DNA of 64,000 bases from Octopus sinensis (Eukaryota): positions 75,702,001 to 75,766,000 of the forward strand of contig NC_043007.1 in the NCBI RefSeq assembly GCF_006345805.1, given 5' to 3'. The position numbers were made by a program, and so were the translations under genes. The notes under the pieces are model-generated. The model had not been told where the DNA came from and made no database searches. It worked only from the letters and a program-made list of their open reading frames with translations. Below, piece by piece: positions 1 through 10,721 of the stretch (positions are counted from its first letter, which is position 1; each line of letters starts with the position of its first letter).

Positions 1-80
1 AAGTCCTGGAGTTGATTTGCTCGACTAAAGGCGGTGCTCCATCCTGGCCACAGTCAAATGACTGAAACAAGTAAAAGAGT
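1..80 (+). mobile_element. 3' end of abundant octopus-type SINE
   Basis: AAAGGCGGTGCTCCA...TCAAATGACTGAAACAAGTAAAAGAG, the same tail as the full copy at 26711..27124. Confidence 0.85.
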
Positions 81-1214
81 ATGCGCATGGCCTACGGTTT
101 ATTGTTCAGTTTGGTTTGATTAAAAAAAGCAAATAAGTTAAGAGGGAGATAAGTAGTAACAGTAGCATTCTTTACTTTAAATTTTTTTAGTGAAAATCTT
201 GTAGGTGTACTTCCCAAGGAAAGGGGGTGAAATTTCCAAGGGTTTTGAAATTCATTCAAAAGAAAATTTTTTAAAAAAAGGAATTCAAATGATTCCGGGA
301 TGGGGAAGGACAAAAATATGGGGTTTGCAGCTTATTAGGAGGTCAGGGTACTTGATTCCACGCAAAAAAAACCGAGCTTTTTCCTTTTTTTTTTTCTTAG
401 TGAAAATCGTGCCGGTGAAGGGTCGAAATTTACCAAACAACTAAAATGATACTGAGCAAAGAAATAGGACTTCTCTCAAAAAATGAAAGGTAACGAACAA
501 ATTTGCTCCTTTTACAACCCTTGCAGTGCCATAATTTCCCATCAGTAACGTCACCATATGTAGTAAGTCCACATGGTAAATTACAATTTGCACAGGTTTA
601 CATATTCATAATTAGTCGACGCCGTTCCAACCAATGAAGAATGCTGTCTCCAGCTTTTCTTAATTGAATGATAGTCCACTATTCCTATACGATTGATTCA
701 CGACTTAAGATTTTATGTTCAGGAACAATGAATGTATTTCTTTTTGCCCACAGGGGGCTAAACATAGAGGGACAAACAAGGACCCCAGTGCATAACTAGT
801 ACTTAATTTATCGACCCCGAAAGGATGAAAAGCAAAATCGACCTCGGCGGAACTTGAACTCAGAACAAAGCGGCAGACGAAATACCTAAACACAGAGAGG
901 ACAAACGGATTAAGTCGATTATATTGACCCCAGTGCGTAACTGGTACTTATTTAATCGACCCCGAAAGAATGAAAGGCAAAGTCGACCTCGGCGGAACTT
1001 GAACTCAGAACGTAGCAGCAGACGAAATACCCGGCGTGCTAACGATTCTGCCAGCTCGCCGCCCGTTCAGGAACAATGAATCGCGGTGCTGCTGGTGTCC
1101 CACGTGCCATTCCGATCGATTGTAAAATAAAGAATGCTTCTTTTATCTCCCCCTTAACTTTTATTTACTTTTTTAATCAAACCAAACTGAACAATAACTG
1201 TACGCCATGCGCAT
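81..1214. mobile_element. Non-autonomous TIR element (~70-bp imperfect terminal inverted repeats), carrying a SINE insertion
   Basis: Left ATGCGCATGGCCTACGGTTTATTGTTCAGTTTGGTTTGATTAAAAAAAG is the reverse complement of right CTTTTTTAATCAAACCAAACTGAACAATAACTGTACGCCATGCGCAT. No clear TSD. Confidence 0.7.
734..1064 (-). mobile_element. Dimeric tRNA-derived SINE with 17-bp target-site duplication
   Basis: TSD GTTCAGGAACAATGAAT at 717..733 and 1065..1081. Minus-strand head GGCGGCGAGCTGGCAGAATCG with B-box-like GAGTTCAAGTTCC; the body TCGACCCCGAAAGGATGAAAGGCAAAGTCGACC occurs twice. Confidence 0.9.
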
Positions 1215-3345
1215 GCGCGATTGTTTAAAACTTTTCAATTTTGATTTCGAAGTATTTAAAAAATTATTTGGAAATTATAAAGAGAAACAAATGACAGAAT
1301 CGGACTGTCTATATTTTAAACGAAGATTTAAAAAAAAAAACTTGAAACTAAGAACCATCTTCTCATCAAATTCCGATGCGACCGTAATTTGAAAACTTCA
1401 TTGAAAAGTATCGCTTTTTCTGAAAGTTATGAAGTAACTACTTAGTTTTATCGCGGATGTAAAATACATGGACCACACCCCTTTCTTTTTTTCCCCTTTT
1501 TTTTTCTGAGGAAACCCACTATTTCGACTGCGGAGATTCTGAATCTGCACCACCCACCCCACAAAAATGGCATTTCAAAATTTAACCCCAAACTCTCAAT
1601 TTCTTCATTTTTCTCTTTTTTTTGGCGAAATACATATAAAAATAGGCATTCTTTCTATATAACTCGACAAAAACAAAACATTTCACTTTGGGTATTTCCG
1701 TAGAAGCAAATGACAGTTCGATTCTGTTTTCTGCTTAGAAATTTGCGGATTTTACACACATACATGAAACATGTAAGAACAAATATGCAAGGCTTTTTTT
1801 CTTTAAAGTTTAAAATGAGGCATTTGCTGGCATAATTTCGTTATATCTATACTCCACAAACCCACGGAAATACCCGAAGTGAAATGTTTTGATTTTTGTC
1901 GAGTTATATCGAAGGAATGCCTAAAAGTACGGAGAATATGATTCTGAGGGGTGGGGAGGTAAAAACTTCGATTTAAAAAAAAACCCTCCCCACGCCCGCG
2001 ATTCTGTGACAAAGTATAATTATTAGGCATAGTTTCGGTTGTAGTAGCACAGATTTCCGTCGATTTCCGTAAAAAACTTTTATTTCTTTACATAAGTAAT
2101 GAGAGCGAAAGAGACTAAGAGGAAGCGATTTTACGACGAGAAGGTTTCACTTTGAAGTCGGCCTGTGTGTGTTTGATGGGGTGTGGGAGACAGACAGTAT
2201 GTTGTGTAAGTGAAGTGCTTCTGTTAGTGTGTGCGAAGAGACAGAAATACATATACACATACACCGAGTAAAAAATTACGATGAATCGGCCATACATACA
2301 TACATACACACACACACATATATAGATACATACACACACATACATACATACATACACACACACATACATACATACATACACACACACATACTTACACACA
2401 CACACACACACATAGATACATACACACACACACATACATGCAGACATACATATACACATACACCGAGTAAAAAATTACACTGAATCGACCATACATACAT
2501 ACACACATACATACATACACATACACACATACATAGATACATACACACACACACATACATGCAGACATACATATACACATACACCGAGTAAAAAATTACG
2601 ATGAATCGGCCATACATACATACATACACACACACATACTTACACACACACACATACATAGATACATACACACACACACACACATACATGCATACATACA
2701 TATACACATACACCGAGTAAAAAATCAGTTATCTCTCTCTTTCACACATTACTCTCTCTGTCTCTTCGCACACACTAACAGAAGCACTTCACTTACACAA
2801 CATACTGTCTGTCTCCCACACCCCATCAAACACACACAGGCCGATTTCAAAGTGAAACCTTCTCGTCATAAAATCGCTTCCTCTTAGTCTCTTTCGCTCT
2901 CATTACTTATGTAAAAAAATAAAAGTTTTTTACGGAAATCGACGGAAATCTGTGCTACGACATGCGAAACTTCGCCAATTAGGCATTCGCCAATTATTAA
3001 ACTGAAAGTGTTTTCTCTCCTGTTTCAAAGTTTAAATTTTGAAATGCCGATTATTTTTTTTGCAAATTCGGAATCTCCGCAGTCGAAATAGTGGGTTCCT
3101 GTTGAATAATAATAAAAAAAAAATAAAGAAAAAGAAAAAAACAACGAAAGCGGATGCGAGCCATGTAGCTTTTTCTGAAAGTTACGAGTAAAAAAAAGCC
3201 GTTTCGTGAGAATTTTCCGAAACTCCTCTCTCCACCTTCGGAAAAACTTTTAACACCACATATTCCGATATAATGAGGATCTACACCATCTGGGGCGTTT
3301 CTGTAGAAAATTTCATAGAAAAATATCAATTGTTTTGAAAGTTAT
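1215..3345. repeat. Degenerate foldback-like repeat with nested inverted repeats
   Basis: IR pairs 1512..1550 / 3061..3099 and ~1648..1700 / 1863..1907; recurring GAAAGTTA(T/C)GA motif. 34595..34700 is a diverged inverted copy of 37100..37210. Confidence 0.55.
2026..2991. mobile_element. Long-TIR MITE (GGC...GCC termini, 8-bp TSD; Merlin-like by inference), present only in copy 1
   Basis: TSD AATTATTA at 2018..2025 and 2992..2999; ~220-bp TIRs (2026..2243 vs 2755..2976); CA/CATA satellite core. Empty site AGTATAATTATTAAACTG at ~36851. Confidence 0.92.
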
Positions 3346-3962
3346 GAGGCAACACACACACATGTATATACGTGTGTGTGTGTATGCGAGATGCTTTTTT
3401 ATTTTATACTATAGCTTACGGTACTGAGGTGGCCAGTGAAAATCACAATTGTTATCGATCGTAGTTATTAGTCATAACTTATTGATCTGGGTTAGAAAAA
3501 AATAGTAGTTACGAAATATGTTCAAGTTGGTATATAACAAGAGAAGCTAAAAGACCATGTTGATTTTTTGGTCCACTTCGTTTATCACTGAAATAAACTA
3601 ATTTTGTGATGACTTTATTTATTCAGCATCGATGTAGTGTGCCTTCTGTAGGACAAATATTTCAATGTTTGAACAGCGTAACATTTGATTAAAGTTTAAA
3701 CAATGTATATAAACTATTTAGACAAAAATGAAAGTAAAATAGTTTTTAGTTATTGGGTCAGTGGTTTGTAGAGAGAGAAAATTAGAATGAATGAAAGAAG
3801 ACAACCGTTTAAATATTTCTTGTTTTGTTTTCTGTGCAAAAGTATACATATTGTGGTTGACGTTACAAATATATTAAATCAATAAAAAGCCGGTCTTTAT
3901 ATTTATATATACTTCCATATTTATTTATATTTTTTAATTAAACTGGTACATTATTATAATGA

Positions 3963-4112
3963 ATTAGGCGCAGTTGTGGTAAGAAGCTTGCTTCCCAAAT
4001 ACATGGTTCTGGGTTCAGTCTTTCTGCGTGGCACCTTAGGCCAAGCGTCTTCTACAATAGCCTCGGGCCAACCAAAGCATTGTGAATGAATTTGGTAGAC
4101 GGAGAGTGGGTA
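3963..4112 (+). mobile_element. 5' part of tRNA/CORE-type SINE
   Basis: GGCGCAG..TGTGGTAAG..GGTTCTGGGTTCAGTC..GGCACCTTAGGCCAAG, matching the head of the 26711 SINE. Confidence 0.8.
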
Positions 4113-4141
4113 CTATTATATTATATTATATTATATTATAT

Positions 4142-4210
<69 letters not shown>

Positions 4211-4245
4211 ATGTTACATATATATATATATATATATATATCTCA
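4113..4245. repeat. (TATAT)n/(TA)n microsatellite
   Basis: Direct reading; length differs in copy 2 (37873..38020). Confidence 0.95.
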
Positions 4246-4517
4246 CTCACTCACGTGACCGACCAGGCCATCAGATGTTGTTACACATCGCTGGTCACAA
4301 TGCGCTTCACATTGTTTTAGCCTTCGAATGACGCCACCCCGCTGGCTAAGCGAGCAGGCCAACAGAAGAAAGAGAGAAAGAGTGGTGAAAGAGTACAGCA
4401 GGGATCACCACCCCCTGCCGGAGCGCAATAAACACACACAACGCCCGGTCTGGGAATCGAAACCGCGAACCTACGACCGCGAGTCCGCTGCCCTAACCAC
4501 TGGGCCATTGCGCCTCC
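4246..4517 (-). mobile_element. tRNA-derived SINE (second family)
   Basis: Minus-strand head GGAGGCGCAATGGCCCAGTGGTTAGGG...GGTTTCGATTCCC with A- and B-box-like motifs, followed by a non-tRNA body. Confidence 0.8.
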
Positions 4518-4532
4518 ACACACACACACACA

Positions 4533-4619
<87 letters not shown>

Positions 4620-4630
4620 GTATGTATGCA

Positions 4631-4702
<72 letters not shown>
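4518..4702. repeat. (CA)n(TA)n compound microsatellite
   Basis: Direct reading. Confidence 0.95.
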
Positions 4703-4707
<5 letters not shown>

Positions 4708-4879
4708 TGTGAGTTTAGAGGGAGATTATCTGAGAGGATAGCGTGGTAGTTCTCAGTTATGTTCCCGGTTACGGCTAACCGCATCGATTGGTATTTAACG
4801 TCTATGAATGCTAGATCATTTCAGGGATGCTTTGTCGCTCATAAGTCTTATATTTGCAATAATTATAACGACAGAGCGG

Positions 4880-5170
4880 GAGTATGAAGGCTGGTACATC
4901 CTCAAAATTTGTTTCCTTTTGATTTACAGTTCACACAACGTATTTTTATGGTTACGACGATTCAGACGTGTTTCCACTGCACATAGAATGAGCAGCTGCA
5001 TCATATGCAACCGGGCATAATTTCCTGTGCAACTTCGTTCAGGGTCTTTCACCAGCTTGGCTCGATTGCATATGTGCAGTAGAAAGACGTCTAGGTTGTC
5101 GTAACTATAAAAATATGTTGTATGAATTGTAAATTAAGAGGAAATCAATTTTGAGGATGTACCTGTCTTT
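4880..5170. mobile_element. Degenerate palindromic element (~110-bp diverged arms); a third arm at 6275..6405
   Basis: GGTACATCCTCAAAATTTG...TTTTTATGGTTACGAC is the inverse of GTCGTAACTATAAAAATATG...TTTTGAGGATGTACC. Confidence 0.6.
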
Positions 5171-5505
5171 ATATTCTCTATCGTTATAATTATTGCAAAT
5201 ATACACTCCAGATAATTTTACCATCTAGTGAAGCGAACACGGAATTATTCATCAAAGGAATTTACAGCTTAAGCGACAACTCCTAGCTGTCATAGACGTT
5301 AAATACCAACCGATGCGGTTAATCATAACCTGGAACATGATACCCTCCCAGATAATATATTTCTCTAAACTCACATCAATGATAATTCAACGAGCGGCTA
5401 AGGCGGCATGCCAAAATATGGAGAAGATGAACATCAATACATTTCTAAAAGATATCTTGTTGCCCTCTAAAAAGGAATATAATAAAAGATCTCATCGATA
5501 AAACC

Positions 5506-5907
5506 GGCGATCTTTCGTCTCTAGTAGACCTTTCCGTCGATTTCCGTAAAAAATTTTTTTTTTTACATATGGGCTTGCGGGAACTTTTGAAGTAATATAC
5601 ATACATATACACATACACCGAGTAAAAAATTTCAGTTATCTCTTTCTTTCACACACACTAACAGAAGCGCTTCACTTACACAACATACTGTCTGTCTCCC
5701 ACACCCCATCAAACACACACACGCACACACATGTACATCAATGCTTCACATGCACGGTAACTTCAAAAGAACTTCCCTCGTCATACAATCGCTTTCTCTT
5801 AGTCTCTTTCGCTCTCATTACTTCAAAAGTTCCCGCAAGCCCATATGTAAAAAAAAATTTTTTTTACGGAAATCGACGGAAAGGTCTACTAGAGACGAAA
5901 GATTGCC
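5506..5907. mobile_element. 402-bp MITE, GGC...GCC termini, 8-bp TSD (same family as 2026..2991)
   Basis: TSD ATAAAACC at 5498..5505 and 5908..5915; TIR GGCGATCTTTCGTCTCTAGTAGACCTTTCCGTCGATTTCCG. Shares internal blocks with the 2026 element. Confidence 0.92.
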
Positions 5908-5989
5908 ATAAAACCAATTCCTTTATACATCGCATGAGGAGGCGAGCATACTATCTCGACCGGGAAGAAGAAAGGATAAGCAACATCAA

Positions 5990-6130
5990 GAATGATGAGA
6001 AAACGCAGCATTTGTTCAAAACACGGAAACACCTACGAGTATCACCAAGTCCGCAACTGGTTGGATTCGAAAATGACCTGCGAAGCATAGTTAAATACAT
6101 CAAATTCCGCAAATTCTCCTTGAGGAAGAA
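5990..6130 (+). mobile_element. Small Penelope-like RT N-terminal fragment
   Basis: FKTRKHLRVSPSPQLVGFENDLRSIVKYIKFRK resembles the GFKxxxxPPxxxELxxFExDLxxxxxxIxFR block, also seen at 17380..17480. Confidence 0.45.
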
Positions 6131-6423
6131 CCAACATCTTCGGAAACTGCACACACCTGTGAAGGAACTCAAGAAGAAGGACGGGATGCTTGTGCATGAA
6201 GATAAAGCTTTTTAGACCACCGCTTCGAGCCAAGCTGATTAAAAGACTATGAACGAAGCTGTGCAGAAAGTCATGCTCGGTTGCATATGCAACGACCCAT
6301 ACAATGTACAATGGAAACACATTTAGACCGCCGTAACCATAAAAATATGTTGTATGACATTGTAAAACAAAAGGAAAAAAATTTTGAGGATATACCAGTC
6401 TTCATATTCTTCATATTCATATT

Positions 6424-6459
<36 letters not shown>

Positions 6460-6763
6460 GCACATAAATTATCATCGCATTTACATTATATTTGTGTGTT
6501 ACTAATAATTAATAAATCTTATTACCTGTATATAATTAGTGTGTAAAAGAGGTAGCTCCTCAATGATCGCGAGCTTCGCACTATTTGAGAAAATTTTTGT
6601 GTGACTCCAGTATTATCTCAATTACGTGGATAGAAATCAACAAATCAAATTGCTGCGTCAAATTAAACTCTTAAGTCGTCTGTAGGAAAATGTTTGACAA
6701 TCCTTATTCTTTTATCTATATTTTTTAATACGTTCGTTAACATACTTCAATAGCAAACAACAT

Positions 6764-7510
6764 GTTGCAACTCAACTTGATTTCGAGCCGGGTCGTCTGC
6801 TGCTGGAGAGGACCGATCAGGTAAAGGACCTGGGTATCTTGGTGGATTCCTCCTTTTCGCCTTCGGCCCAGTGCGTCCATGCTGCCAACAAAGCACGCGG
6901 AATTGTGTTCTTGATTCGACGGTCATTCGGAATGCTCACAGCAACCATATTCCTACCACTCTATGTCACGCTGGTGAGACCCATATTGGAGTATGGGATT
7001 CAAGCCTCTTCTCCTTATCTCCTCAAAGACATACAGCATCTCGAAAGAGTCCAGAAGCTGGCTACCCGCATGGTTCATGGTCTCAAAAATTTGTCCTACG
7101 AAGAAAGGCTGAGGACGCTCGACCTTTATTCTCTTGAAAAACGCCGCCGCCGTGGTGATCTCATTCTCGCCCACAACATCATAAGCGGAAAGTGTAACCT
7201 CTCGAAAGAGCTGTTCTTCACTCCTGCTCCAGAGCGTCGGCTGCGGGGTCATTCCGAAAAGCTCTACCTGCGACGATTTCATCTCAATCGAAGGAGAGGA
7301 GCTTTCTCCGTCCGGGTTGCGGATCCGTGGAACAAGCTGCCAGACGAGATGGTGAAGATGCCGACGACCGCTTTGTTCAAAGCCTCCCTGGACCTCAAGT
7401 GGCCTGAACTCTTTACATGAACACCACCCTGTACTTAACTCCATGTCCCCCTACATGGCCTTGCTATTTGCTTTTGAGCCAAATTAACTAACTAACTAAC
7501 TAACTAACAT
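6764..7510 (+). mobile_element. Young 5'-truncated CR1-clade LINE, only in copy 1
   Basis: Uninterrupted frame 6764..7420 (VKDLGILVDS, LYVTLVRPILEY, LERVQKLATRMV, SYEERL, RRRRGDLI, LRGH, FSVRVADPWNKLP); (CTAA)n tail; AACAT duplicated at 6759..6763 and 7506..7510. Empty site GCAAACAACATATATTG at ~40424. Confidence 0.95.
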
Positions 7511-7580
7511 ATATTGAATCATTCCATTTGAAATATTGACGTCACAGAGGGTGCGCTATCCATCCATCCATCCATCCAAT

Positions 7581-7623
<43 letters not shown>

Positions 7624-8831
7624 CTGTGATATATATACATTTCTATAATGTCGACTTTCTGTGCAACACCTTATGGTTATTAGGTAATGTAACGCCTCGT
7701 ATCCCCTTCTGTTCCTCTGGACGAAATACTGCTAAGCATTATGCTCAATGTTCTAACAATTCTACCTGCTCACCGCCTCTTATCATTACCATAACAGCCT
7801 CTGTTTCTGTGAGTTGGATGGTCTCGTACCTGAAGCGCTTAGGTATCCCGGTTCCAGCTGCCTTTTCCCTTAATTTTGGCATGTCCAGTTTCCCCAGCCC
7901 CACACTAAACGTTATACCTAACCTTTCCTTCCTAGAACGTCATCCCCACGAAATCTTCATGTTCATATCTTTCCTGCAAGAGTTGACCAGCCGCTATTTA
8001 AACGGAGCATTTATAGCATTAAATTCATTGCTCTTGGAGGACCTACAAAGGTTATGATAAATGTCTTCCCCACATATTCAACAAGTAAAAATACATAGTG
8101 ATCTTTCGCTTTAGAGACATAAATAGGAAATGAGGAACTGAAAATGAAAGAATGCCTCAAGCTAACGATCGCCGAAGATGGATTAACTAGAATATATTTT
8201 TTATAAGCAAACATTGAAGCGCCTAGTGAGTTGATATTTTAGAAATGAAGGAAATCTCGAATGACTTGCCAGCCACTTTTTCTGTTTGTATCAGAGAATT
8301 GAAACCGAATCTCCAAACAGCCAATTATAAGTCACAGCTTAGCCACAACGTTTTTACGTGATCTGCCGGACAAGTTTAGGCGTTAAATCTGAGAATGTGG
8401 GAAATCACCACCATAAAAACCACATTCGCTTTATCGACATTGAACTTATTCAATCGACCAAACAGCAGCAACAGTTTGGCTATCGTGAATTTAACATGAT
8501 ATTTCCCCCGTCTTGACAGCGTATTCAGAGAGCCTTGCTGACCAACAATTTTGTCATAACTACAGAATTGTCTGTTTATATTGTTAATTCAAAACCAACA
8601 TGGAAAATGTGTTTGCGAGGTGAATAAAGTTTCTGCTAATTGTTCACGAATGTTGTGCATTGTTTACAGGCAGCCAGAACCAAAGTCAACCACCAGCACC
8701 TCCATATCATCCTTTCGATGACCTACATGACAATTGGTAACCTCTTATAATACATCTATAAGGGTATTTTACCCAATCCCCTTGAAACGAAATATGAAAG
8801 GAATTGTTGTATACAGAACTCAGTTGCACAA

Positions 8832-9745
8832 CTAAAAAAAAAAATTTAATGTCATCAGGTGTTGGCGGATTTTAGGAAGTATGAAAGTTTTGAAGGATGA
8901 AGAATCATGACAGCTAACGACTGATGCGGGTAGTTTATACCATGCTTCAATAATTCTGAGTGTGAAAAAAAAAATGTTTCCGAAAGTCATGGGTGCTGTG
9001 TTGATTTTTGATTTTGTGAGCATGTACACGAGTGTTTGACATATGGAATTCAAAATGGTGTCCAAGGTTGTTGTTGGAAAAATGGTGGATAACCTTGTGA
9101 GTGTCTACCAAATCAGTTGCCAAACGTCTGAGCTTCAATGTATCCATGCCCAAGGAAGCAAGACGTTCAGAGTATGGTAGATACTTGACGGTGGGTATTC
9201 GTTTCGTTGCACGTGTCTGAACAGTTTCCAGGAGATTTATATGCTGAGCAAGACTGGTGATGCAAATTCCAGATTGGTGATGCAAATTCTAAGTGTGGAC
9301 ATACCATTGTCATATACAATTTTAAATAGATAGCTGGAGATTACTGAGTGATGCCAGGACCCCCCCCCCCCAACCTTCTTGACAATCTCAGAGGTGTGGT
9401 TCGTCCAACGCAGAAAGCTGTTTACAATAATAGCCAGATCACGTTCACTAGAAGACTTCTTGAAATTGGTATTGCTAAGGTTGTATGTAAAGGCTGGGTT
9501 TTTCCTCCCATAGAGCATGGTGACGCACTTTTACACAGCTAGCTTGAGTTGTCAGTCAGAGATCCATTGCTGCATTGTGTCCAGGTTGGATCGCAAGAAA
9601 GATCTATGGCGCATAGGATCTGTTCTTTTTATTTCGAGGTATAGCTTGATGTCATCTGCATATTTCAACACTGAAACATTCCTCAAGTTGGCACCAAATT
9701 GTGCATTTCGGTCCCTTATACAATTTCGGACGGTCGGTCGAATGG
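8832..9745 (-). mobile_element. Older CR1-clade LINE fragment (RT C-terminal half, frameshifted)
   Basis: LKYADDIKLY, LQSNLDTMQQW, LETVQTRATKRIP, YSERLASLGMDTLKLRRLATDL, FTLRIIEAWYKLP across shifted frames. Confidence 0.9.
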
Positions 9746-9764
9746 TCGGATGGATGAATTTCTA

Positions 9765-9825
<61 letters not shown>

Positions 9826-9826
9826 G

Positions 9827-10450
9827 AGTGAGAGAGCAGTGCATGCCACCAAGTGATACAGGGATAAAATATACGAAGCCCAGTATACCCATCATAATTA
9901 CCAGTCTGATAAGGGTACACCAGGCACATGCATCACAGCCATATGTGCGCGACATGGTGATCTCATATCAAGATAAACAGCGCATGACCTTGCAGGTGTT
10001 GCCCAGTTAGAATTTTCTTCTGGTCGAGTAGCTCATCCCGCTCAAAAGGTTCCTGCATAAAGTTTGTTTAAGGATGTTGAACGAAACACCCATGTTTCCA
10101 GAGGTGAATTATCCAAACCTCGAAGAATTCCTTTCAACACACGGTTATGATGCTCCCCCACTGCTTCTGCTCATGATCAGAGATGCACATATCGTGAGCC
10201 ACTAAGGGACATACTCAACTGGTTAAGGTCAAACAACTGACAAGCAAATCTGTGGTATTGAACAGAATATTTGCTGTAGCCCATTTTTTATATCAAGACA
10301 AAGCAATGTACATGATAACACTTCCAATCAGTTAAGATCAGAAGCCATGAGAGCCATCAGAAGCCATGAGAGCCATTAGAAACCATGAGAGCCATCAGAA
10401 GCCATGAGAGCCATCAGAAGCCATGAGAGCCATTAGAAGCCATGAGAGCC
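9827..10450 (-). mobile_element. Unclassified non-coding interspersed repeat embedded in (ATT)n
   Basis: Diverged inverted second copy at 32752..33145; both are flanked by AAT/ATT runs. Strand inferred from the shared end next to the (AAT)n tail. Confidence 0.6.
10337..10450. repeat. 19-bp minisatellite x6 (ATCAGAAGCCATGAGAGCC) with 57-bp higher-order pattern
   Basis: Units start ATC, ATC, ATT, ATC, ATC, ATT; the same six units at 43321..43434. Confidence 0.95.
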
Positions 10451-10656
10451 ATTATTATTATAACCTTTCGAAGCGCCTCTTCCTGTTGGGAATTTCAATT
10501 GTTATATTTTCGTTGTTATCTCAGGAATTTTTACACGGTTTTTTGCAAACGGACAAAACTCTTTGTAACTTTCGTCCTGTGTTTTGACCCTTTATGTTTT
10601 AATTAATTTTTGTCAGCCCTTGTGGCCAATAAACGAATTTATTATTATTATTATTA

Positions 10657-10699
<43 letters not shown>

Positions 10700-10721
10700 C
10701 ATTATTATTATCATTATTATT

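Noticed and set aside
2115-2713. Long track ORFs rich in CV/YV/HT/YI repeats (also 4086..4741, 37842..38446, 39662..40220)
   Set aside because: Translations of CA/TA/CATA microsatellites, not genes.
4430-4517. tRNA gene
   Set aside because: A/B boxes are present, but the sequence continues into a SINE body with no proper acceptor stem; the same applies to the heads at 26711 and 1064.
7484-7508. Telomere-like repeat
   Set aside because: The unit is CTAA/TTAG (4 bp), not TTAGGG, and it is the 3' tail of the CR1 insertion.
10337-10450. CRISPR-like array of short direct repeats
   Set aside because: The 19-bp units are contiguous with no spacers, the context is eukaryotic and there are no cas genes; it is a minisatellite.
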